From assembly GCA_964016885.1 (NCBI GenBank), contig OZ024741.1, positions 104,966,001-105,030,000 on the forward strand: a stretch of DNA of 64,000 nucleotides, written 5' to 3'. This DNA is from Eledone cirrhosa. Its lineage: Eukaryota. This document shows, one piece after another, positions 27,375-40,889 of the stretch (positions are counted from its first letter, which is position 1; each line of letters opens with the position of its first letter). Made by a program: the position numbers and the translations under genes. Under the pieces are notes generated by a model. The model was not told the DNA's origin and searched no databases. It was given only the letters and a program-made list of their open reading frames with translations.

Positions 27375-27528
27375 GGCAGGCTGGTACTCTTTCTACAGCT
27401 GAGTAAACTGGAGCAACGCGAAATAAAGTGTCTTGCTCAAGGAAACAACACATCACCCGGTCCGAGAATTGAACTCACAACCTTTCGATTGCAAGCCCAA
27501 TGCTCTAACCACTAAGCCATGCGCCTTC
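27375..27528 (-). mobile_element. tRNA-derived CORE-type SINE fragment
   Basis: Minus strand: gaaggcgcatggcttagtggttagagc (A box), gagttcaattc (B box), ccttgagcaagacact (CORE-like). Confidence 0.78.
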
Positions 27529-28077
27529 ATATATATATATTTATATACATACTTACATACATACATATTATATATACATACATATATATATACACATATA
27601 CATGAAAACATGAAAACATTTATGAATCCGACGGCTGAGCTCCGGCCGTTTTAACAGCTAGATAAATGTGTGTGTGTGTGTGTGTGTGAGCGTTACATGC
27701 AATACAGTTGAGTATATAACCATCAGTCTGGTTGTTGTACAAATATCTGTGCCGTTCACTCATTCACAAGAACTTCTCTCGCATATGTCCTAGTTGGATA
27801 CACTTTACGTTAAATCATATTCAGCTGAGTCTATTTTCAGTGTTGTTAATTGGGTTTGAACTTCTCACTGGATATGTTGTACTGCATGATGTTCTGTTAG
27901 TTTAATATGTAAATGGCAGAATCTTAACCTGCTTCAATAGTAAATATCTTCATACTACTGCCAGGTACGGCCATGATGCCAAGTACTGTTTAATGATTTC
28001 ACTATAAAGTATATTCACATCATAGACAGAGTAAATCATATACATAAACACATACACTACATACTCACTCACACATG

Positions 28078-28120
<43 letters not shown>

Positions 28121-28187
28121 CAGCTTTCGCGATAAGAAATACTTTAGTAACAGGGTGTATGAATCCCCAGAACGGAAAAAATAGGAA

Positions 28188-28261
28188 TGACCATTCGTGG
28201 AAATCGAACCCACACCTCTTATTTTCCCGATAAATGTGCTAGCCGATTACACCAACTTGCC
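28188..28261 (-). mobile_element. tRNA-like SINE head or tRNA pseudogene
   Basis: Minus strand: tggtgtaatcgg (A box) and ggttcgatttcc (B box); acceptor stem does not pair well. Confidence 0.5.
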
Positions 28262-28751
28262 TATTCTAATGCCCATTTGTTTTCGTTCTGTGGTCTTATA
28301 GGTCCCGTTATTTGACTATATCCAATCGGTCATTCAAATTCCATCCCCTTCGTCTAAATCGTTTACACACACATATAAATATGTGTGTGTGTATATGTGT
28401 GTGTGCATGTGTGTGTCTATATATATAATTATTTCTACTTTTGGCACAGGGCCAGCAATTAGCGCAGTGCTTTACTGGTACTTTATTTTATCGACCCCGT
28501 AAGGGTGAAAGGCAAAGTTAACCTCGGCGGGATTTGAACTCAGACCGTAAGGGGCCGTAAGTCTATGCTGCAAAGCATGGCGTCCGACCCTCTACTGATA
28601 CTGCCAATCCTATATATATATAAATGTTTCTACTTTTGGCAAAAGACCAGCAATTATATCAGTGAATTACTGGTATTTTATTTTATCCTATATACATATA
28701 TAGATATATTCTCGACTGTTTTCAAACCCAGCAGTAGCAAGAGTGGGAGGG

Positions 28752-28795
28752 ATCGTCTTGATGAAAACCAGTTAAGTTCGAAATGCATCGACGAT
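28752..28795 (+). ncRNA. Minimal hammerhead with U3.G8 core
   Basis: atcgtc TTGATGA aaac cagttaa gttc GAAA tgca TC gacgat. Confidence 0.65.
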
Positions 28796-28941
28796 TGTCC
28801 CCCTTGCTTCTGCTGGACACCACCTGAGGGCGATAGCCCCCTGTGTTTTTTTTTGCATAGCTACGGCTTTCTGAATGTTTATCTATAAATATACCGTGTT
28901 TCTTTAGAAATTCCAATATATATATATATATATATATATAA

Positions 28942-29110
28942 CATGTACAATTCCGTTATAACGAATACCATTATAAAGAATTTTTCAGTATAACGAAATA
29001 CTTTTCAATCTCCGGCCAGATACTTGATGTGTTAGGTCAATCTCGTTATAAAGAATATTTCGTTACAACGATTTTTTTTGCTACCTCGTGAATTTCGTTT
29101 TAACGGAATT

Positions 29111-29116
<6 letters not shown>
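28942..29116. mobile_element. pogo/Tigger-like MITE
   Basis: Imperfect TIRs (aattccgttataacgaa / ttcgttttaacggaatt), internal repeats of the cgttataacga motif, TA flanks. Confidence 0.6.
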
Positions 29117-29159
<43 letters not shown>

Positions 29160-30637
29160 AGAGAGAGTGTGAGACTGACAGATAGGCAGACAGATAGATA
29201 CAAGACACTTTATTTCACGTTGTTCCTTCTGCCTGGGTTTGTGACCGGTAAATAGTATTAGCAATTGGAAAGACCTATGGAAATATTGTTTCCTCGGTCC
29301 GATTTAACGAGCTTCACCACACTCGTTTATCGAATGAGGTCTGGGATCTTGTCGATCGACTGTTATATACATATTGAAGCTATTCATTAAAAAGAACTAC
29401 CAAGATTAGAGGGACAACATATTGTGAAAGATCTACCTACTATAAACAAGATCTTTCAGTAATTGTTTCTACTTTTGGCACCAGGCCAGCAATTATCCCA
29501 GTGCATTACTGGTACTTTATTTTATCGACCCCGTAAGGATGAAAGGCAAAGTTAACCTCGGCGGGATTTGAACTCAGATCATAAAGGCGCCCGACCCTCT
29601 GCAAGCTAAAAAGAGATTCAACAACAGAATCTTTTAACTATTTTGTAGCTGTCCTTGTTTTTACCATTTTTCAAAATATTATTTATGCTTCTTTTGCCTC
29701 CCACTAGCCTTCATTTTTGTCTCACTATTTTGTTTTTGTTTCTTATCAGTAAGAGGCACTAGATACCTCCTTGAGTCTGTCATGGATTGCTAGCTCTATA
29801 CGGACGTTTAAATTGATTAAATAAATAAATACATAAATACTGATATATAATTAGGTGCTAAATATTCGTCTTTAAGAAGCTGTTGGTCATGTATTTCTTG
29901 ATGTCGCTATATAGACAATAATTGTTTCTACTCTTGGCACAAGGCCAGCAATAACCTCCAGTGCATTACTGGTGTTTTATTTTATCGACCCCGTAAGGAT
30001 GAAAGGCAAAGTTAACCTCGGCGGGATTTGATTGAAAGGGCTGCAAAGAATGGCGTCCGACCCTCTACCGATACTGCCAATCCACCGCTATATAAACAAT
30101 AATGACATCCTCAGATGATTGCCACAGATGATCCAGAAGCATTGCGAGAAATAATCAAACAATGTCTGAACTAAGACGCAGTCTGTACTGCTAAATTTCA
30201 TTATGTCTAGTGGTGTTGATATAAACTATATAAGAAGCTATTAAGATTTAAAGGGTACTGTGCTCAACATAACTTCTCTAAAACACTGAAGTAATCAATT
30301 TTTCTGAACATATAAAATCTATTTCTGAGATCCAAGAACACATACAGACGCATTTTTATTAATAGCATTTTTCAGTCCAATGCCTTTAACTTGGAACAGT
30401 AAGTCCATTAAAGATTCTCGATATTCTCGTTTTCTACTACTGAACCAAGTGGTTGTTTTATGTGTGGGTGTGTGTCTATATATATGTATATGTAATTGTT
30501 TCTACTTTTGGCACAAGGCCAGCAATTATCCCAGTACATTACTGGTACTTTATTTTATCAAACACGTAAGGATGAAAGGCAAAGTTAACCTCGGCAGGAT
30601 TTGAACTCACATCAGAAAGGGGCGTAACTCTGTGCTG

Positions 30638-30714
<77 letters not shown>

Positions 30715-30715
<1 letters not shown>

Positions 30716-31639
30716 CAATAATTCACAATACTATAAGGCCTATGAGGCCTTAGCTAAATCAGGACATAAGAATGAGATTGAATTCCTACCTATAAAATCA
30801 CATAGTTACAACATTATTTCTCATAATATGGCCATGAGGAAAATAGTAAAAACACTAGCCACTATAACTCTAAGACGAAGATTAATACCAAACTTAACTC
30901 GCACCAAAGTAAACACCACAATAATAATTTAAACACCACAAAGTAAACACCACAATAATAATTTAAATACCTCAAAAAACAATATTATAAACAAAAAATA
31001 GAAGGAGAACTAATACATTCTTCAATCCCCCTTTCAATCTAAACGTCTCTACCAACTTGCCTAAGGCTTTCTTCTCAATCTTAGAAAAAAACTTCCCGAC
31101 CGGCCACAAGTATCAATAAAAATACAATTAAAATATTGTACTCCACCACACCCACCATAGCATACCATATAGCTAGTAGTAATAAAAGGAAGATTAATAA
31201 CTATTTCCAACTAATTAAAACACAACAGGAGGTAAACGTAGTATCTGTAAACAATAGTAGTAATAATAGTAATAATGATAATAGCACTAATGAAATCAAT
31301 AACAATACGAATGATAGGAATCATTACCCTACTTCGAACAACTTCAAGACGAGATACAACTCGCACCTCCACTCTTTCAAAAAGCACAATCTAGCTAGCA
31401 ACACTTCTTTATCTAGCTGCATACACTCTCTGAAAACTAGGAATAGACCATTTACACTGCAATGGGAAGTAGTAGGTAGGGCCTCATCGTATAAACCACC
31501 GAATAAATTGTGTAATCTCTGCCTTCTGGAGACCCATACTATAATCTTTTCGAAACTAGACCTCCTTAATAGAAAGTCAGAGACATTTTCTTCGTGCCAA
31601 TACCGACACTCGTTCCATAACTTTAAACCTAGCTGTTAG
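30715..31639 (+). mobile_element. Penelope-like element remnant (thumb plus GIY-YIG C-terminus, Hydra-clade-like, internally deleted)
   Basis: FNPPFNLNVSTN near 31021; TSNNFKTRYNSH..F..TSLS..W..SY..CNLCLLE..LLNRKSE..C in ORF 31136-31639. Confidence 0.78.
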
Positions 31640-32821
31640 TATGCAACAATGTCAGATTTGAATTCCCCACCACCATTAACACTACACATCTAGGACTTAA
31701 CAGCACCCACAACCACAAACCCCTCGACCAACTCTTTCCGCTACACAACTCCTATTCATCTATAACCTTATGCTCTGCAATAACAGTTAGAATTAGACAT
31801 AGTGTTACCACCTTGTGATATAACTACAATAGATTAATTATATCTTATACAGTAATGGATATTTGGCACTTGGTATGTAGAGACATTTAATGTAATGTGT
31901 GATGATAAACTATGTGTGCATTTGTAATTGTATAATTAAATGCTTAAATTACACAACATAATAATAATAAAGTATATATACACTTATAATTAAATGTAAT
32001 AAAATGTAATAGCATTCTATATTAGGGATTATATTATTACACATATAGCATATCTATTATGACATAGTAACAGCTGTATAATCCTTCATAACATATACCT
32101 TGTCCAGTAATGAATAGATAACAATCTAAAGAAACCTTTAATGTATGGTAGTAGAATACACTGTATTTAAAAACAGGCATAAATATACAGGGTTATGTAA
32201 CAGAGATCCATTATATTGTGTATTAGAACAAAGAATGTTAATAACCGAATTGAACTAAATTAGCTAGTTACCTCCCCTTACGCATTAGCTCCCCTTATTC
32301 ACTTCCGGAAATTAACGATTGAAAATTTAACGGTTGATCAATATGAATATGAATTCATTAAGACTAATTTACAATCCATTGCTCTAACTAACTTAAAACA
32401 CTCAATATAAACATTAACTAAAATTTAATTCAACATATGTCATGGAACAGTCTGCAAAAACTGTGTTTCTCAATACATGAATTCGAACACCATCAACATT
32501 CAACACCCATCGTAGACTCTAATACATTAACATATTTGCTTCAACTGCAGTATTTATTCATCTATATATGCATAATAGCTTTGCTTGTCTCCTTCTCATG
32601 TATATGATTTACGCAGTCACACTATCCACACGTCTGCATATGAATTGTTATCGCACTCTTCCTTTCTCAAAACTGCTTCCCCAATGCCTCTTTAATATTT
32701 GTTTTAACTGTTGCATGTATTCCACTCCGTGCTTTTGATTTTAATTTAAATTTTGATTTGAATTTGAACTTGAATACAATTCTCGTAAAATATATATCAC
32801 ATCCATTCCACCCTGTAAATA

Positions 32822-33115
32822 CGAAACGGTGGAAGGGGTACAAATAAAAATAAAAATAAAGATAAAGATAAACAAGTGGTAGAAGCGTGTGGGGCGTGTA
32901 GGGGTGGTGGTGGGTGGAGTAGGGAGAGGGTGGCGGGGGGGAGGGGGTCCGAGCGGGGAGGGCTGAAGGTGGTGTTTGTGTATGTGTCTAGGTGTACGTG
33001 TGTATGTGTGGTGTGTGTGTGTGTGTATGTGAATGTGAGAGTTAGGGAAAGAACGAGGTTCCATGTTCAGGAAAAGGTGTGTGTGTAGGTCGGTGTGTGC
33101 GTGCGTGTGGATGTG
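32822..33115. repeat. Second copy of the 9967-10265 repeat
   Basis: gaaacggtggaaggggtacaaat..tccgagcggggagggctgaaggtggtg..ttccatgttca shared. Confidence 0.8.
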
Positions 33116-33416
33116 ACGCAATGTTTAGACAAATCACAGAGGCAATAAATATAAATGAACTCCAACCAAAATTAAATAGAAAACATGAATGGAACAGCAA
33201 CATCACAACTTACAATTAAGGACAAAATGAAAACACACACGCACATAGAACAAACAACCAGTAACATGTAAATAAACAAATAAATAAACGAATATAAACA
33301 CACACAGACACCCGGATGTAACACATGCGCAAACTAAGCACACAACACACACAAAAAAACAAGATGGCGTAGGACAGAACAAAGGAGAGGCACAAAAACA
33401 AAGAAAAGAATCCCCA

Positions 33417-33459
33417 GTCACTGAAGAGGTCACAGAATGTGTGACGAAAGAACTTTGAC
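33417..33459 (+). ncRNA. Minimal hammerhead ribozyme motif
   Basis: gtca CTGAAGA g gtcac agaatgt gtgac GAAA gaac TT tgac. Confidence 0.7.
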
Positions 33460-33673
33460 AATATATAAACAATCATCTGGTTGTGGAACCGACCAACCGG
33501 AAATTTATAAATTCCTAAATTTATAAATTTATTATAATAAATTGAAGTGAAAGCAACTGGTGCGTGTGTTTCTTATTGGCAACATGACCCTCCCAAAGTA
33601 TAACAATATATATATATATATACGTACATATATATATATGTGTGTGTGTGTGTGTGTTCATATCACAAGGGAC

Positions 33674-33726
<53 letters not shown>

Positions 33727-33894
33727 GGGGTAACAAATAATAGTTAAATGCAGTCCACTTAGGTAAAGTCCAGTTATGGTATTCCAGGTAGTGGATGATA
33801 TTAACGCTTGGCTTGGTTTGACTCAACAAGGCGTTTTCATAGTGATGCTGCGGGTATGCCGTAATTCCTATGTTGCAAACACTTGGAGTAATAA

Positions 33895-34094
33895 TAAATC
33901 AGGAAAGAAGGTTGACATGGTTTGCTATACAAAAAAGGTTTTTAATCTCATAGCTGACAATTGTTTCTCTGAACTGGTAGGTCTAGAGGTCGCTATTCGC
34001 TTATTTTCACGTTACTCGATCGCCAATACAAAATTATAACCAGTCAGATCTCGAGAGTATATTGATGTGTATGTATGTGTCTATGTACACATGC

Positions 34095-34178
<84 letters not shown>

Positions 34179-34720
34179 ATATGCGTATATTACTTTGTTA
34201 ACCTCTGTATTAACTTAACAACTATTTAGCTTTGACAGTGTTGTCCCACTCATGTATACTATTGAAGATGAAAAGAAAGACTGTAAACACTGGCTTATCT
34301 TTATAATTTAAAATTGATACACACTTCGATACTCTGTACATGCCAAACTCTTACTTTTGCCTCATGACAGCTAGTTTTACACGCCGTAACGTTAGATACA
34401 TTATACCCCCCACCTAAGTAATGTCAGGGTCGCCTCAAATAATTTATTAATAGCATTGTTGTAATTGTTGTTATTGTTCTAATTAAATGCCATTACTACT
34501 TCATATAGTAGCCTGTATATTCTTTTCTTGCCTGTGTATTTTCTTCATTCTCGCATGCTCCGAAGATCTGACTGGTTATAATTTTGTATTGGCGATCGAG
34601 TAACGTGAAAATAAGCGAATAGCGATCTCTAGACCTACCAGTTCAGAGAAACAATTGTCAGCTATGAGATTAAAAACCTTTTTTGTATAGCAAACCATGT
34701 CAACCTTCTTTCCTGATTTA
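33895..34720. repeat. 157 bp inverted repeat pair (33895-34051 / 34564-34720)
   Basis: Direct reverse-complement match. Confidence 0.88.
34554..34666 (+). ncRNA. Hammerhead-like motif, U4C core, long stem II
   Basis: catgct CCGAAGA tctgactggt..accagttcaga GAAA caattg TC agctatg. Confidence 0.65.
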
Positions 34721-34730
34721 TATATATATA

Positions 34731-35247
34731 TACAAAAGTGAGTTACAAACGAAACGAAATTTAATTTCGTTTCGTTATTTGTTTTTATCGTCTCCGTTGA
34801 ACCGGTACGTACTCACGCTCTATGCAAATTAGTCTGCCCACTACTAATTTTCATAGAAAAAGCATATAACGATATGTGCTTTTACGATTCTCTAGAGAGG
34901 CCGGAAGATAGGTAAATATTGCTGATGAGATGTAACAACATCGAAACTAGTTCAATATTCCTTGCCTGGCTTTCTGGAGAATAGAGGAAAGGTGTTTCCT
35001 CAAAAACCAGTATGACTCTAAAAACCGGTTTGTCTGTGTGTTTACATACAGAATAGCTGGACACTCACAGTAAAGTGACCAGTGAAAAACTCGGTACATC
35101 TACATATGTATACGTGTGTGTATTCATATGCATACTAGTATTTCAGTATACATATGTGGATGTACATTTTTAACTTAATTGTTTAAGCGTCAGTCATACA
35201 AAAGTGAGTTACAAACGAAACGAAATTTAATTTCGTTTCGTTATTTG

Positions 35248-35254
<7 letters not shown>
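34731..35254 (+). mobile_element. 466 bp HHR element monomer with ~58 bp terminal redundancy
   Basis: tacaaaagtgagttacaaacgaaacg.. at 34731 and 35197; same family as 12376-13187; (TA)n flanks. Confidence 0.85.
34915..34959 (+). ncRNA. Minimal hammerhead ribozyme (GUU triplet)
   Basis: aatattg CTGATGA gatgt aaca acatc GAAA ctag TT caatatt. Confidence 0.82.
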
Positions 35255-35340
<86 letters not shown>

Positions 35341-35363
35341 AGAGAGAGTTTGATAGATAGATT

Positions 35364-35446
<83 letters not shown>

Positions 35447-35447
<1 letters not shown>

Positions 35448-38400
35448 TGTTTCTTTTATTTGCCACCAGGGCATCAAAAGTGGGACAAGTACAATGGGGG
35501 GAGTTTACAAAACAAGGCGTCCTCAATAAGGAGGAGGCAATAACAATATATAAAAATAGAATAAAATATAACAAAAGATAAAATTTATAACAAAGTCCTC
35601 AATAGAGAGGAGGCGCCTTGGGGGGTCGCACACACCCCCGAAAAAAGTGTGCAACCCTTCTCCTCAGGAGCACAGAGAAGGGGTGCTCCCTTGGTCTTTC
35701 ATCTTCCTCACCTATAGTCTGATGTAGAGTGAAGGCCCATTCACACGGGCCATTCTCGCCACTTTCACCCATCTTTCATAGAAACGGCTGGGGTGCAGCA
35801 CCTCTCTCTCCATCCTGATCCTTCTTCCGAAATGATATCGGAAGAAACGGACCAGTTGTTGGCCAGAGAGAAAGGTGTCTGACCTCAGTCCTTTCAGACG
35901 CGTCCACCATACAACCTCTTTCGCCATGGCTATTACGCACAGAAACACCGCCTCTCCTTCGTTTTTGAAGAGGGGAGGCGGCTTGATCGTTACAATAGAC
36001 TCGGTGGTCAACCGGATCGGTCCCACCTTTGACAGCAGTTGTTCGACATAGCCCCACAGATCGGCAATGCCCGAGCAGTGTACCAATGCGTGTGCAACGG
36101 TTTCCTCGTCGCACACGCATCTGGGACAGATCTTTTTCGATGGGTCCCTACCCGGGCGCCCGTGTCTGTAGAGCCTTTCTCGAACGGGCAGAGCCCTTCT
36201 GTAGCATTGCCAGGCCAGGGACCTCTGGAAGTTATCCATGGGTCCCGGGCTGAATGTCCTACCGAACAGGTTGGCCAGTTCGTCTTCCTCCATGCCTAGG
36301 GCTTCTCCGAGGGCGTCGTCGCACCTACTAACCACCAGCCCTCTATAGAATGACGAGGTGGATTCTCCACTGACAGCCGGGTCAGCCTGCCAGGCGCCCA
36401 GTTTTCTCGGTCTTTGCTTGACCCAGGATTGCAGCTCGGTGAGTGAGACGAGTCTGGGAAAGGCTCGCCTCACAAACGGGGCCCACACCGGTTGACCGGA
36501 GAGGAATACCTGAAGGTGCCGTAGCCTTAATGCGTGTTTACGTATCATTAGCCACGGTATCCCCAGCCCTCCTTTCGAAGGGTGTTGACAGCAGATGGAT
36601 CTCCTCACCATAGGAGCCCGCTTCTTCCAAAGGAATTGGAAGAGTGCGCGCTCCATTTTGGCGAGCGTTTCCCTTGGGCAAGGCACAACGGTCAGGCGGT
36701 AGTAGATGACGGACGCTATATAAGTGTTCGCCACCTCCGCCCGACCTTTCAGGGACAGTTTGCACTCGGCCCACTTCTGGGTCAGTGCAAACACCCTGTT
36801 CGTCACCTCACCCCAGTTCTTCTCCACCTGGAGGTCTGGTCCGAACCAGACCCCGAGCAACTTCACCGGGGTCTCCGTCCAGCGCTCGACGACGCCATCG
36901 GAGGGCATCGATCTGCCCCTCCACGTGCCGAGTTGCAGACCGATCGACTTGTCCCGGTTCAGCTTAGCCCCTGTAAACCTTTCGTACTCCTCCAGTAAGG
37001 TGCCGATCGCCCCGATTTCCGAGGCCGTCGACACCATTACTGTTACGTCATCGGCGTAGGCTGACACCGCTTTCCGCAATCCCGGTTCCAACGGGATGCC
37101 CTGCAACAACTCCAACTTCCGCAGCAGTGGCTCTAGAGTCATTACATACAGAAGGGAGGAGAGAGGGCACCCCTGTCGGATGGACCGCGCGATTTCGAAC
37201 GGCTCCGAGAGGTAGCCGTTCACCTTGACCCTAGAGCAGATGCGGCTGCTGTGCATGGCATTGATCCAGCCCCTGAAAACGGGTCCGAAGCCTGCCGCCG
37301 CTAGCACCGCATCCAGGTAACCATGGTCGACCCTATCGAATGCCTTAGATTGATCCAAGTTTATCAGGGCCCCACCAAAGCCGGGTTCGTTCCCAACCCT
37401 CTCTATGATGTATCGCATGAGGTGGAGGTTATCGTGGATGGACCTGGACGGGATAGCACATGTCTGCGCATCTCCCACCAGGTTGCCCACGACAAGCGCC
37501 AACCTCTTTGCTAGCACCTTGGCCAAAATCTGTAACTCTGTATTTAGCAGAGTTATGGGCCTGAAATTATTTATATCGTCCCCCTTGTTCTCGTCCTTCC
37601 TCACTAGCGTGACTACGCCCTTGATCACAGCACAGGGAATTCTCCCGTTCTGTTGCCAGTTGCAGTAGACCGCCTCGAGGAGATCGGGGAACAAGTCCGG
37701 CATAGCTAGATATAGTTCGTATGGAAGACCATCGAGACCCGGGGATTTGCGTTTGCCGCATTGGCTCAGCACGTTCTCTATCTCAGCGGCTGAAATCGGC
37801 TCCTCGCAGGACTTCGCCTCCCTGTCCGAGAGACGCGGCAGGCCGTCGAGGTATGGACCGAAGTCGACGTCCCCAACCGGCCCCCCGCCCCTTCCGAACA
37901 ATCCGGCAAAGTGCTTTTGAAAAGCCTCGCACATCTGCTTAGGTTCAAGGATCACCCGTCCATCCTGGTCTCGCAAAGACCGGATAGTGGATCTGCTCCC
38001 TCTTTTGGCTTCTGTCACGCGGGCCCAGCTAACAGCTTTGGTCCCCTCGTTTCCCAGAGCACGTATTTTGCTTCGGACGATGGAGCCTTCGTGTTTCGCG
38101 TCGAAGAACTGGCCCAGGGCCGTTCTCGATGCTAGCACTCTGGCCACGTCGCCGCTTCTAATTGCCTCTTCTACACTATCTACCAACTCCCTTTCCTTCC
38201 TATTTCTATTGGAGGCTAACTCCTTACTAAATTCTATAGAGACTACTCTAATCTCTCTTTTGAGAGATCCCCACCACCTGCTGTTGACGATGGCGCCCGT
38301 CAACCGCTCCTTAACTAAAGTGCTAATCCGGTCCCTGTAAGCCTTACTTGCCGGTAAGGACAAGTTGAGCTTCCAGTAACCGGGTCCCTGTCTATGAGTT

Positions 38401-38709
38401 CTGTCAAGGTTGATCATGCAGGTCACTAACTTGTGTTCTGAATAGCCAACCATGCGCATTTTTGGACAACTTAAAAAGTCCTTATCCTTAATTCTAACTA
38501 AGAACCTATATAGGTACGACCTAGATGATCCGCTACGATTTGCCCAAGTCCAGGTTGGCGCAGTCGGAAAATCTAGTCGATATCTATCGGCCAGGTCAAA
38601 TCGACCGATTAACCCTTTGAGGCTATTACACCCCTCTCTATCGCGACAGGCCCCTACGTAATCCCAGCGTGCATCTAGGATACCATTCCAGTCCCCCACT
38701 AATAGCAAG
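35447..38709 (-). mobile_element. Tx1/L1-clade LINE, 5'-truncated, ORF2 open (APE C-terminus, RT, cysteine-rich C-terminus)
   Basis: ORF 35712-38834: GDWN, WKLN, KSPGLDG, FRPITLLN, DQSKAFDRVDH, RQGCPLS, YADD, CPRC..ETVAHALVHC. 3' AATAAA; (GATA)n on both sides. Confidence 0.95.
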
Positions 38710-38787
38710 GAGATAGATAGATAGATAGATAGATGGATAGATAGATAGATAGATAGATAGATGGATAGATAGATAGATAGATAGATA

Positions 38788-39541
38788 TATTTCTTTATTA
38801 GCCACAGGGGCACAAAAGAAGGGGACAAATACAAAGGGGGAAGTTTACATACAATAAAAACGTGTAAAATGTTATCACAGATGGAATTTAAAAGTTAGTC
38901 GATTTTCCCCAATAGAGGGAGACAGTTTATATGGGTAACACAGACCCCCGAAAAAAATGTGCAACCCTCATCTCCAGGAGTACGAAGAGCTTGTACTCCT
39001 TTCCTCTCCTCCTCCTTTTCCTCAACCTACAGGCTGATATAGAGAGAAGGCCCATTCACTCGGGCCATTCTCGCCACTTTCACCCACCTTTCATAAAACT
39101 TGCTGGGGTACAGCACCTCTCTCTCCATCCTGATTCTTCTTCCAAAGTGGTATTTGAAAAAAAGAATCAGTTGTTGGCCGGAGAGAAAGGTGTCTGACCT
39201 CAGCCCTTTCAACCTTGTCCACCATACAACCTCTTTCGCCATAGCTATCACACAAAGGAAAACCGCCTCTCCTTCGTTTTTGAAGGAGGGTGGCGGTTTG
39301 ATCATGACAATGGACTCGGTGGTCAACTGGATTGGTCCCACCCGCGACAATAGTCGTTCCACATAGCCCCACAGGTCAGTGACGCCCGGGCAGTGTATGA
39401 ATGCGTGCGCGACGGTTTCTTCGTCTCGCACGCACCTCCGACAGATCTTTTTTGCAGGGTCCCTGCCCGGGCGCCCATGTCTGTAGAGCTTGTCTCGAAC
39501 TGGTAGAGCTCCTCGGTAGCACTGCCAGGCCAGGGACTTTT
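38788..39541 (-). mobile_element. Second, shorter 3' fragment of the same Tx1/L1 family
   Basis: ORF 39027-39629 matches the C-terminus of 35712-38834; (GATA)n flanks. Confidence 0.92.
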
Positions 39542-39542
39542 G

Positions 39543-39579
<37 letters not shown>

Positions 39580-39583
<4 letters not shown>

Positions 39584-40865
39584 GGAACCGTAAATAAACT
39601 GACACCAGTAAATAACGATATATTGACACATTAATATAAATTTAATTTATTTATGTACTAAATCAAAACAAATCCTAGTATTTCGTAAAAGTTTCCTTAA
39701 AAGTGATAAATATAAAATAATGTATTGATGTTTATGAAAATACTTGATAAACTCTGTAAAGATATTTAGATAAGGAACCTTAAATTAACTGACACCGCTA
39801 AAAAACGATATTTTCAAAATGCTCGTGAATGAACCCATTTGAAATGCACCAGTTGCATAAAATTACTTTTACTCAAGAACCTGATTAGAAAAATAACATT
39901 AGTCAACCATTTTTGAAACGTTGTGTGCTTCTTAAATGAGATTATTTAATTCTTACGTATGTCCTGAATCCAATTATTACCTTGATAAATGCTTATTAGC
40001 TGTAGGCTTAAAGATACATCACATGTAATATTTGATTATTTTATTATAATGTATAATATGTGTGATGATGTTTTAAGCTCTAGTCCGTATGTACTCTCTG
40101 CCTTTTTGCTTGACACTTATAGTGGGCTGAAAAATCATCTCTTGTCCATGTCCAGCAATAGTTTGCAAGTATTTTTGTGCTCCATTTGCCCTGGTACCGC
40201 TTTTCCATAGCTGAAATATCTTGGTGAAACCTATCACCATGTTCATCAGTGAGAGGTGGCTGTTGAACATTTTTCATCTCAAGCTCTAATGATTGATGCG
40301 GTGATCAGTCTCTCCTAAGATAGTGAGAACCTCTTGCACGGCTGTCCCATTCACACAGACAGTAACTGTACTTGGTGTATCTGCTCTGCAAGCCCATCAA
40401 AAGAGCAATAACCTTTAAGTCACCACAGAGCTGCCATTGATGCTCATCATATTTTATGCATTACAACATATGCTTTATATTCTCTCATAAGTTTCTTTCA
40501 TGTGTGATGCATAGCCCACAAGAACTGATGGTTCACTATTGTCATTATGCCGCAAGCCACATTTCAGACTAGTTTTTGATGAATCTATGAACAGCCTCCA
40601 GTGACTAAGTTCGTATTCAATATTAAGTGCTTCCATCAGACCATTAATATTGTTACAGGCCAATAAATTACCTTCCATTATGAAAAGATTGCTGAACGGC
40701 TGCTGACGGTCACGAAATTTTGAAATCTTCAAATCAGCTGTTATGAGATTCCACTGTTGAAGACGAGAGCCTAGCAGCTCTCCTTTATTTTTAGATAGTT
40801 GTAGATCCCTGACAAGGCCATGGAGTTTCCCTTGTGTTATGAGATGTGGTCTAGAGGAGTGTGCT
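39580..40865 (-). mobile_element. DNA transposon remnant, Chapaev3-like (CMC) transposase fragments
   Basis: PHLITQG..LVRDLQLSKNKGELLGSRLQQWNL (~40745-40850), WRLFIDSSKTSLK (40475-40732), EHGDRFHQDISAMEKRYQGKW..YCW (40080-40277). Family name is from recall. Confidence 0.65.
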
Positions 40866-40889
40866 TCATCAATATTATATCATTTAGTA

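Larger units (their letters stand above)
28428..30640 (-). mobile_element. Cluster of five Meta-domain tRNA SINE copies (28428-28611, 28622-28690, 29460-29600, 29919-30090, 30493-30640)
   Basis: Minus strand: gagttcaaatcccgccgaggttaactttgcctttcatccttacggggtcgataaaataaagtaccag (B box plus Meta-SINE-like domain). Confidence 0.75.

Noticed and set aside
28188-28261. Functional tRNA gene
   Set aside because: A and B boxes are present but the acceptor stem is mismatched; more likely a SINE head.
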